Positions 28,773 to 35,968 of a stretch of 64,000 nt of DNA are shown here, piece by piece. Below the pieces are notes generated by a model, which worked only from the letters and a program-made list of their open reading frames with translations, searched no databases and had not been told where the DNA came from. Where the stretch lies: positions 17,256 to 81,255 of the forward strand of contig CAZOQX010000001.1 of assembly GCA_964582465.1 (NCBI GenBank). Direction: 5' to 3'. Origin of the DNA: an uncultured Candidatus Saccharibacteria bacterium (GTDB taxonomy: Bacteria > Patescibacteriota > Saccharimonadia > UBA4664 > CAZOQX01). The first letter of the stretch is position 1; each line of letters begins with the position of its first letter. The position numbers and the translations under genes are program-made.

Positions 28773-30440
28773 TCACAAATTCACTATCGCTGCCTGCCCG
28801 TCCGTAAAGAACTGGTCGCCGCTAGCGTTTTTGCCAAGTTGTGGTTCTACCACTCGGAGATAAGAAATGCCCATGAGGCCGAGTGATCGAACAATATAGT
28901 CCCGTTCGGCATCAACATTGGGGTTTATATGGTGAGTTGGCAGGTAGCCTTGACTGGCCAGCTCCACACCCTCATCTAGGCTGGCCGTGGCTACCCAAAC
29001 CAACTGTCCATTGGGCGTAGCATAGTTGGTCTGCCAGAGCCTAGTATGATGGCGCTGACGTAGAGTCCGCCCACTAGTGGGTTGCTCGAAGGCAAGGTCT
29101 TGGGGTTTACCGTTCAAGTAAGAGGGCGTCACGGGAGCGGTTAAATACTGGCGGTTCTGCAGCGCCACTCCAATCGCTTTTAGGGTGTTAGCCAGGGTCG
29201 ATGGGTCTGCCTTATACCAACCGTGAGACGAGAACAACTGCTCAATTTGCTCTCTTGAGCCCAGGTAAATGAAGCTAATTGGCTCCATCCGCGTCCCGGT
29301 CAGAGTCTCACTGTATATTGGCAGAGCTTGAATGGTCGAAGCAGTTATCGCGGGTAAGGTCTGGTAATTAGGCGTGGCTGTAATTGGTTCCAGCTTAATA
29401 AAGAAAGAACTGAGCCCGATTGACCAAACAATTAACATTACCGGAATCGTAGCGAGAGCTTTTCTACCAGTTGACTGTTTTTCTCGGCTGTAAAAGCGCC
29501 GCCAGATTTCATAGCCAGTTATCAGTACGGTTAACAGGAAGCCGCCGAAGAGGATGCTGGCCAACACGTCGCTCGGATAGTGTACGCCCAGGTAAATCCG
29601 GCTTAGAGCCACCAAGCTAATTGCCACCACATAGCCTAAAACTACGGCTATTTTAGCTAAATGCGATTTGTAGGCCCGAATCAGAAAATAGGCTAACAGG
29701 CCAAATAAGACGGTAGCGCGCAGGACGTGCCCACTAGGAAAGCTGAGCGTATCCTCACGAATCAAGCTAAGGGTTTGCTCTGGCCGCGCCCGACCTACTA
29801 GGTGCTTAATGACAAAAGTGCTGACTTCTTCAAGGACAAAGGCAAGCCCAAACAGCCAGGCAGCCCCGCGCTGGCGCTTGATCCATAGCCAAATGCCTGC
29901 AAGCAGTGTCAGCAGCAAAGCTGTTTCCCAGTTAGCTAAGAAGGTCACCATTTGGAAAAAGCCGTTTTGCTGCCCACTCCGAATACTGGGTACGAGGTTA
30001 ACCACTCTTTGATCAATCCGGGTAATCCCGGTCTTTAGCACTACTTGAATTAACAACTGGAGGAATTCCGCTAAAAGGCCAGCGGCCATTATTACTCCCA
30101 CCGTCATGACTAGCCCTCGTGGTGATTTGGGATTAAGACGATCGCTAAGCCAGTTCATAACAGCTGTTTGGCGCAGCTTGCGCACGTTATCATTGCCAAT
30201 GGCACCTCGCCAGGCCGAGACTAAAACCGAGCCAATGATTTGAAGAGGTTTTCGAAGTGCTAAAACTGCTAAGTAAACCACTGTCACCAGCAGTAGATTT
30301 TCGATCAGGATGCCGAGCACAAAAACGGGCGGCGAGCTGAAGACATCGAGCTTTTTTATGAGCCAAAGGTTAAAGCCGGCCGCAAGCAGCAAACCTAGAC
30401 CGAGTAAGCCGTAGCCGGTTGTTTTAATATGGCGGTGCAT
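28773..30440 (-). CDS. PAP2-superfamily phosphatase (membrane) fused to a large C-terminal extracytoplasmic domain
   Basis: PAP2 motifs KxxxxxxRP-like (VGRARPEQ), PSGH (SFPSGHVLRATV) and SRxxxxxHxxxD (SRIYLGVHYPSDVLAS) in the N-terminal TM half. About 300 aa of non-PAP2 domain follow a further TM. Confidence 0.8.
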   Translation of the reverse strand: MHRHIKTTGYGLLGLGLLLAAGFNLWLIKKLDVFSSPPVFVLGILIENLLLVTVVYLAVLALRKPLQIIGSVLVSAWRGAIGNDNVRKLRQTAVMNWLSDRLNPKSPRGLVMTVGVIMAAGLLAEFLQLLIQVVLKTGITRIDQRVVNLVPSIRSGQQNGFFQMVTFLANWETALLLTLLAGIWLWIKRQRGAAWLFGLAFVLEEVSTFVIKHLVGRARPEQTLSLIREDTLSFPSGHVLRATVLFGLLAYFLIRAYKSHLAKIAVVLGYVVAISLVALSRIYLGVHYPSDVLASILFGGFLLTVLITGYEIWRRFYSREKQSTGRKALATIPVMLIVWSIGLSSFFIKLEPITATPNYQTLPAITASTIQALPIYSETLTGTRMEPISFIYLGSREQIEQLFSSHGWYKADPSTLANTLKAIGVALQNRQYLTAPVTPSYLNGKPQDLAFEQPTSGRTLRQRHHTRLWQTNYATPNGQLVWVATASLDEGVELASQGYLPTHHINPNVDAERDYIVRSLGLMGISYLRVVEPQLGKNASGDQFFTDGQAAIVNL

Positions 30441-30519
30441 ACCATTAAGTTTATTCTTCCTAGGCTTAATTGACGAGCTACGATAACCCGTATTGTGGCT
30501 TAACTCAAGCCGCTGGAGC

Positions 30520-30548
30520 TTGAAAATCGTACCTCAAGCCGAGCCATA
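30520..30548. repeat. 29-bp perfect direct repeat, copy 2
   Basis: Same 29-mer as 28715..28743, located in the 5' leader of the PAP2 gene. A related hairpin GGCTTAACTCAAGCC lies immediately upstream, and a local 9-mer ctcaagccg is reiterated. Confidence 0.8.
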
Positions 30549-30620
30549 AAGAACGGGAAGATACCCCAAGTCCACCTTCGGGGCTCATCAAAGCTATGCT
30601 TGTGATGTAGAATATGTGGC

Positions 30621-31676
30621 ATGAGGGTTAGGCCGAAATATTTTGGAAGTATTGCGGTTTTGGCGGTTCTTTATGTTATCGCAGCCAAATTAGGGTTATC
30701 GCTAGCATTTAGCATTAAGCAAGTCACTACCGTGTGGCCGCCTAGTGGGCTGGCTCTAGCGGCCTTGCTTCTATTTGGACTCGATCTCTGGCCGGGCGTG
30801 GCCATTGGGGCCTTTGCAGCTAACTTCCTAACTAATGAGCCGGCATGGGTGGCGGTACTGATTGCGGTTGGCAACACCCTGGAGGCCCTGGTGGGTGCGA
30901 GTCTTCTAAAACGAATCGTTGATTTTAAATCAACCTTACATCGAGTGAAGGGGGTGGTTGGGTTAGTTTTTTTGGCAGGGGTCTTAAGTACGATGGTGGC
31001 TGCCACCATTGGCACTACAAGTCTACGGCTGGGTCATTTATTAACAAGCGGAGCTCAACCGAGTGCCTGGCTTCTTTGGTGGTTTGGTGACATGACCGGA
31101 GTATTGCTCTTTGCGCCTTTTCTGCTGGTGTGGCTAAGCAATTGGCGCCAGGTTACTCGCCAAAAACTTCTCGAATTTGGCGCCTTACTTATGGGGACAT
31201 TAGTGGTGGCCGAGATTACCTTTTTTGGCCAGCTGAAGGTTTTAGGAAACCGGCCGCAGGTTACCTACTTAATTTTTCCTTTCGTGATTTGGGCCGCTTT
31301 CCGTTTTAGACAGCTGGGCGTGACGGCGGTTAGCTTAATTACAGCTACTGTGGCGATACTTGGAACGATCAACGGCTTCGGCCCTTTTCTGGGGGTAGGG
31401 ACACCGCAGCAACAGCTGGTTACCCTACTGCTTTACATCATTTTCATGACCATCAGTGGTCTGTTGATGGGTGTGGCCGTGTTGCAGCGCGATAACTCCG
31501 AATCCAAGCTTGTGCAGCAAGCAGCCGCCCTACAAAAAGCCCGCGGCAAAATCTTAAAGGAACTTAATGCTAAATCGGCTAACGAGGAGCGCCTTGAGGC
31601 TTCGAATGAGCGAATTACGAGCATACTCAGCCACTTGCTAGAGGAAAACCCCACTCGGCCCACCTTTAAAAAGTAA
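30621..31676 (+). CDS. MASE1-domain integral membrane sensor-like protein with C-terminal coiled coil and no output domain
   Basis: N-terminal ...KQVTTVWPPSGLALAALLLFG matches the MASE1 signature (VTPIWPPSGIALAALL). About 8 TM helices. The C-terminal ~70 aa are helical and charged. Confidence 0.6.
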   Translation: MRVRPKYFGSIAVLAVLYVIAAKLGLSLAFSIKQVTTVWPPSGLALAALLLFGLDLWPGVAIGAFAANFLTNEPAWVAVLIAVGNTLEALVGASLLKRIVDFKSTLHRVKGVVGLVFLAGVLSTMVAATIGTTSLRLGHLLTSGAQPSAWLLWWFGDMTGVLLFAPFLLVWLSNWRQVTRQKLLEFGALLMGTLVVAEITFFGQLKVLGNRPQVTYLIFPFVIWAAFRFRQLGVTAVSLITATVAILGTINGFGPFLGVGTPQQQLVTLLLYIIFMTISGLLMGVAVLQRDNSESKLVQQAAALQKARGKILKELNAKSANEERLEASNERITSILSHLLEENPTRPTFKK

Positions 31677-31691
31677 CAACCACCAGACGAG

Positions 31692-31958
31692 CTAGGCCCG
31701 CTTTAGCTTATCTCGATGAAGGCAGCCAGCCCAACAACATGGGCGGCGTATGCCCTCAAGTAGTTCCATGCGCGTTCGCTCGACATGCTGGCTCCTTGTT
31801 TCCGGCTTCTTGACGGACACAACCCAGCAGATCCATTCATTGCGGGCCAGTGGCGTGAGATCTTCCCATGCCGCTTGCACATCCGGGTCAGACACTAAAG
31901 CTCTTTTTAAATCTGCCGGAACGTCGTGTACAACCCCGTCGGAAATTTTTGTAATCAT
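31692..31958 (-). CDS. YdeI/OmdA-family (bacteriocin-protection-like) small protein
   Basis: WICWVVSVKKPETRSQHVERTRMELLEG resembles the YdeI/OmdA WIxxAKKxETRxRRI...L motif. Confidence 0.55.
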   Translation of the reverse strand: MITKISDGVVHDVPADLKRALVSDPDVQAAWEDLTPLARNEWICWVVSVKKPETRSQHVERTRMELLEGIRRPCCWAGCLHRDKLKRA

Positions 31959-32004
31959 GATTTATACTAACTCAGATTTGTTTCTTGCGTGGTATATTTA
32001 AGCC

Positions 32005-32214
32005 ATGCAAAAGATTGCTACCCGCGTATTTATCTACTCTTCAATTGCTTTTGGTATTATCGGAATTTTACTAGTGATAGCATCCCCCGGGCAGGGCGAA
32101 AAAAGCTCAGGCCTAAACATCGCATTGATGAAGCTGTTGATGGCGACGGGCTTTATTGTTTTGCCCTCGTTTGCACTAAGTGTTGCCAGCAAGTACCTAA
32201 ACGGCAAGTCTTAA
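32005..32214 (+). CDS. Small two-TM membrane protein (69 aa)
   Basis: Two clear hydrophobic helices. Followed by a G/C-rich segment and T-run (ggggcgttttttt) at about 32250..32268. Confidence 0.4.
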   Translation: MQKIATRVFIYSSIAFGIIGILLVIASPGQGEKSSGLNIALMKLLMATGFIVLPSFALSVASKYLNGKS

Positions 32215-32293
32215 CCGCTAGCTTTCAAGATCGTATCTCGGTGAGGGGCCGACGGGGCGTTTTTTTGTTATGCTTGCCCGATGGCTGATTTAG

Positions 32294-32695
32294 TTGAACA
32301 ATTGGCTTATCTGCCTAGAAGCACCTGAGGAGCCCAAAGTGAATGAGATTGTGGACGCGATCAAGCAGTTGCACCAGCCAATCGAAGGGTGGCGCGAGTG
32401 CGAGCACAATACCCTCGGCGAATGGTGCCCAAGCGTGGAGATAGGGAAACACGGCCCTTGTTGCGGCGACGACCCGGCTGGCGATTACAGCCGAAGTGGC
32501 AGCTCACAGGGGGGGCGAATTCCCGTCCCGGTCTGCGGGCACTGTCTGGTGGGATGGGTCGGAGCTGATCTGCCCGACGACATTGATCGCGAGGCTGAAG
32601 TGGCCTGGGTGGGCGATCGGAGCGATGGATGGTGGCACCGGGTCTGGCCGTGCCCGACGGTACAACTTCTGAATCCCGAGGCACCAATTGGGTAA
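32294..32695 (+). CDS. Hypothetical Cys/Trp-rich protein in GC-rich (~65%) segment
   Basis: ORF with CxxC-like pairs (GPCCGDD, CGHC). Composition differs sharply from the neighbours. The start is uncertain. Confidence 0.3.
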   Translation: MNNWLICLEAPEEPKVNEIVDAIKQLHQPIEGWRECEHNTLGEWCPSVEIGKHGPCCGDDPAGDYSRSGSSQGGRIPVPVCGHCLVGWVGADLPDDIDREAEVAWVGDRSDGWWHRVWPCPTVQLLNPEAPIG

Positions 32696-32993
32696 GAAGG
32701 CTGTCGAGAAACTAGCAAGTCGCATTCTGCGCGAGCACCGCCCAATTCCGATTTCTGACGGTGACGTCCTCGTTCATTCTCCTCACTGTCGGGCTGAAGA
32801 AAGAGAGGCCGCCAAGGAAAGCCCCACTTCGACTAATAATCTCGAAGAATGGGCCGTCTATTGGGGCAAGCCATGCCAGGATCCAGGTTACCCCGACCCC
32901 TTCTGCAGTAAGTGCCTGGATGGGAATGAGCTGAATTACGTTGCCTGGCCGTGTGACGCCGCCCGCTTGGGACAGTTTGTACTGGGCCGCTGA
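32688..32993 (+). CDS. Hypothetical Cys-containing protein in the same GC-rich segment
   Basis: Overlaps the previous ORF by 8 nt and has multiple Cys (HCRAEE, CQDPGYPDPFCSKC). Coding status is uncertain. Confidence 0.3.
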   Translation: MGKKAVEKLASRILREHRPIPISDGDVLVHSPHCRAEEREAAKESPTSTNNLEEWAVYWGKPCQDPGYPDPFCSKCLDGNELNYVAWPCDAARLGQFVLGR

Positions 32994-33152
32994 CGCGCTG
33001 AGCTTCCCTAGATCACCTGTACGGTCGGCACACTGTACGGGTGTCGACTTGAGGTTTTAATTGGTTGAAGCTTCAAGTCGCTATGTGGTAACTAATGGCC
33101 AGGTCCTTAGTATGTCGGTCTTTTGTTATACTGGGACCAATAGGAGAGACCT

Positions 33153-34124
33153 GTGGCCGAAGATATCAATGATGACGAGATTTCGGAAAAGGAGCCTGAG
33201 CAGGGTTTCAGTAATGACTATGCCGCTCTAACCCCAGAAGCCGATCCTCCAAGTAGCACGCAGCCTGTTGCTGGCGAAAAGGAAAATGTATATGAGCTCT
33301 ACTCTGGAATTTGTGATGTCATAAGTCCAGAGCAGGCTCGGGCCATGGCTGACGAACTGCGACAGAATCGTAAGGATCCAAACCGAAAGGTCATGATTGG
33401 AGTTATGGCCGGGCATTTCAGTTTGAGGCCCGATGAAAACGACCCAGGCGGCCAGCGAACGGTTTTCCCAACAAGGGAGGAAATAGCCTTAGGCTTCACC
33501 GATGATCCTGACGTGTTAAACACAGTGCACTTTGCCGACTTGTATAGACCCAAGGAAGCACAAAATCTATTGGACGACCTCGAGTTGGTGGTCCAGTACG
33601 GGGGTGAGCATTTACACGCAATTCAGCTCGATGTCACTTGGCCTGATCCCGCCGAGATGGATAAGTTTAGAGAAAGACACCCTGAGTTGAAAATCATTTT
33701 GCAGCTCGGGAAGTTTGCTTTCGACGAAGCCGATAATGATCCAGATGAAATCGTAAAGCAGCTTGAAAAGTATGGTGATTCCATTGATTACGCCCTGTTA
33801 GATCTGAGCATGGGGAAGGGCAAGGCTATGGAATCAGTGGGGCTATTACCGATACTTCGAAAAATTCGCCAAGAACTCCCTGGCCTGGGGCTTGCCGTAG
33901 CGGGGGGCTTAGGGCCTGAGTCGTTGGACGTACTTGAGCCCATAGCACGTGAATTTCCGGATATTTCTATCGATGCACAAGGGCGGTTAAAGCCGGCCGA
34001 TTCACCCGTAGACGCTTTGGGACATATGGTTTCAACTATTCCGGCGGATTTAGAGCGCTCGGCCGAGTACATCCGTAGAACTAGTGCCATGTTGGATAAT
34101 CCGAGGGAAGAAGAACGTGATTAA
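33153..34124 (+). CDS. Phosphoribosylanthranilate-isomerase (TrpF)-like TIM-barrel protein with ~90-aa acidic N-terminal extension
   Basis: Parallels Thermotoga PRAI: AIQLDVTW ~ AVQLHGEE; ALLDLSMGKGKAMESVGLL ~ ILLDTKTPEYGGSGKTFDWSLI; LAVAGGLGPESL ~ LVLSGGLNPENV; SIDAQGRLK ~ AVDVSSGVE. GTG start with an AGGAGAG SD. Confidence 0.5.
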   Translation: MAEDINDDEISEKEPEQGFSNDYAALTPEADPPSSTQPVAGEKENVYELYSGICDVISPEQARAMADELRQNRKDPNRKVMIGVMAGHFSLRPDENDPGGQRTVFPTREEIALGFTDDPDVLNTVHFADLYRPKEAQNLLDDLELVVQYGGEHLHAIQLDVTWPDPAEMDKFRERHPELKIILQLGKFAFDEADNDPDEIVKQLEKYGDSIDYALLDLSMGKGKAMESVGLLPILRKIRQELPGLGLAVAGGLGPESLDVLEPIAREFPDISIDAQGRLKPADSPVDALGHMVSTIPADLERSAEYIRRTSAMLDNPREEERD

Positions 34125-34137
34125 CAAGGATCTAAGT

Positions 34138-34332
34138 ATGAACGATGACCAAAAGCTTAGCGGTTCTGTGCAACCTCCTGCCGACGCTGACAATGTCTGC
34201 CCAACGTGCCACCAGAATCCATGCGTTTGCGAGACAGGCAGAGATAATTCGTCTGAGGATGCTCAAGTTAAGGTGGACAGGGTCAAGGGTAGTCACCGCG
34301 ATGGCAAACCGCCAAAATTAAAGTGGCTCTAG
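34138..34332 (+). CDS. Small hypothetical protein with CPTCHQNPCVC motif
   Basis: AAGGA SD 8 nt upstream of the ATG. 64 aa with a Cys cluster. The ORF track offers the longer 34084 start. Confidence 0.3.
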   Translation: MNDDQKLSGSVQPPADADNVCPTCHQNPCVCETGRDNSSEDAQVKVDRVKGSHRDGKPPKLKWL

Positions 34333-34333
34333 C

Positions 34334-35848
34334 TCATGTTTCCTTTTTGCTCTGCCCCAAAAGAGTAACCATCACCAGTACTACCAGCTCAATCGCGGCC
34401 TTGCGCTGAATATCTTTGTCCCCCATCAAAACGCGCAACTCCCCGGCTTCAAAGCTACCCGCTTTATACTGATAAAGATCGTTACTCCTAGTAGATAGCT
34501 GGACCCGGTTCAAAAAAGGAAAATAGTCGTCGTAAAATCGATCGGCGAACAATTCCTTTGACCATAAGGCGACAACGCCAACCTTTACATCTGTTTCAAT
34601 TTGACCGCCTCTGCCAGAAAGAGAAATATGACGGTCAATAATGTATCTAGTTAGAAGGGCTATCGATCCTTGAAAGCCGATGTCAAAAACCACGAGCTTA
34701 TTCTTGTTTGTTTGAATGTGTTTATTAATGTATTCGGCGAGATTCGCCACTACTTTCGCGAACCCTGGATTCACAGAAACAAACTGGTCTACAAGTCTGA
34801 CGTAATCCTTATAGAACAGTTCAAAATTTGTGGGGTAGTGGAGATGGGCGTTGAAAAGGGCATTTAGTGTTCCAACATAGTAGGCCCACTCTCTCGACTC
34901 ATGACTAAGCAGCTTCCTGCCGACCATTATCTGATCGAAAGAGGTTGTCGTTGCCTCCAGGATATCGAGGGTTTCTTGAATTTCGTAAAACATCATACAG
35001 TCCCGCAGTAGGTACAAGGTATGACTATTATCGCTGCGCCTTTTTTTAACCATATCCAGAATTCCGGCGCAAATCTTGATAATATCCTCAAGGTCTGTAA
35101 TCTTGCCCCCATTCCAACGTTCCAATTCCTCGACCGATATTGGATTTTTAAGTAATGCTTTGATGTGATTCAGTGTGTAGCTTGAATACTCATCTGGGTC
35201 TGTTTCTTTATCTCCAAATTGTAAAAAATCGTCCGGTAACCTGCCCTGATATTTTTTGTTACCCCACTTTTCGATAGCTGTGTCATACCAGGTGGGATGA
35301 TATTCTTTATTCAATTGCTCGATCGTATTCTTATCGTGGACGAGTTCCTTCTGTGGTTTTAGGTCAAATGCGGTTTGTTTGCCGACTTCAAACCATTCAT
35401 TGAAGCGATTGCGGTAATATAGTTTTCCCCCGCGGACATTATAGAAATTCTCTCCCATTTTCTGTTGGCCGGTTTTTCGAGAGAGCCACTTTTCCAGGCA
35501 TTCGTCATACAAGTTTTGAAGTATACGCCTGTCCCCAAATTCTTTCTCAAACAAGTCTTCGTAAGCCACCCTAAACGTTGGAAAGCCAGCGTCTTCAACC
35601 ATAAGAGTCATCCAGTCCAAGATATTGAAGATGTGTTGGCAAACATAGTAGAGGTATGGATCGTCGGCGTTTTTTAATCGATTCCGGATGTCCCTAATAT
35701 CACTAATCAAGTACTCACTCGCAACCTGGAAATCCGGTGTTATGGACCAATCCATATCCGCCTTGCTTGCTATAGGCATGGTTTCAAAATCTTTGAAGAA
35801 CTTGATAAGCCATGGGTCATCCTGCGACTTAGGATCGTAGTCGGTCAT
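34334..35848 (-). CDS. Hypothetical ~505-aa protein encoded in an AT-rich (~40% GC) segment
   Basis: Long uninterrupted ORF with no recognisable motif. Composition is distinctly lower in GC than the surroundings, which suggests horizontal acquisition. The start is ambiguous (35848 or 35881). Confidence 0.5.
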   Translation of the reverse strand: MTDYDPKSQDDPWLIKFFKDFETMPIASKADMDWSITPDFQVASEYLISDIRDIRNRLKNADDPYLYYVCQHIFNILDWMTLMVEDAGFPTFRVAYEDLFEKEFGDRRILQNLYDECLEKWLSRKTGQQKMGENFYNVRGGKLYYRNRFNEWFEVGKQTAFDLKPQKELVHDKNTIEQLNKEYHPTWYDTAIEKWGNKKYQGRLPDDFLQFGDKETDPDEYSSYTLNHIKALLKNPISVEELERWNGGKITDLEDIIKICAGILDMVKKRRSDNSHTLYLLRDCMMFYEIQETLDILEATTTSFDQIMVGRKLLSHESREWAYYVGTLNALFNAHLHYPTNFELFYKDYVRLVDQFVSVNPGFAKVVANLAEYINKHIQTNKNKLVVFDIGFQGSIALLTRYIIDRHISLSGRGGQIETDVKVGVVALWSKELFADRFYDDYFPFLNRVQLSTRSNDLYQYKAGSFEAGELRVLMGDKDIQRKAAIELVVLVMVTLLGQSKKET

Positions 35849-35968
35849 AACTATAAGTATATTACGTAATCTTATTAGCAAACTATGATAGTCGCTAATT
35901 TTATATTGTGCAGTCCCGACCGATTACCACGCTTGGTACGGCCGCGAAATAGCCCGCCTACTATATTT

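Noticed and set aside
28715-30548. Possibility that the 29-bp repeat marks a start codon (minus-strand ATGGCTCGG... = MARLEVRFS) of a leader peptide
   Set aside because: No SD precedes the ATG in either copy. The two putative peptides diverge and terminate after 13-15 codons. It was therefore treated as a DNA/RNA-level repeat.
23833-30620. Search for a direct repeat of the tRNA-Asn 3' end (att site) delimiting the putative island
   Set aside because: By eye only a 10-nt gaacgggaag match (23838 and 30551) was found. This is too short to call an att duplication. Island boundaries remain inferred from gene content only.
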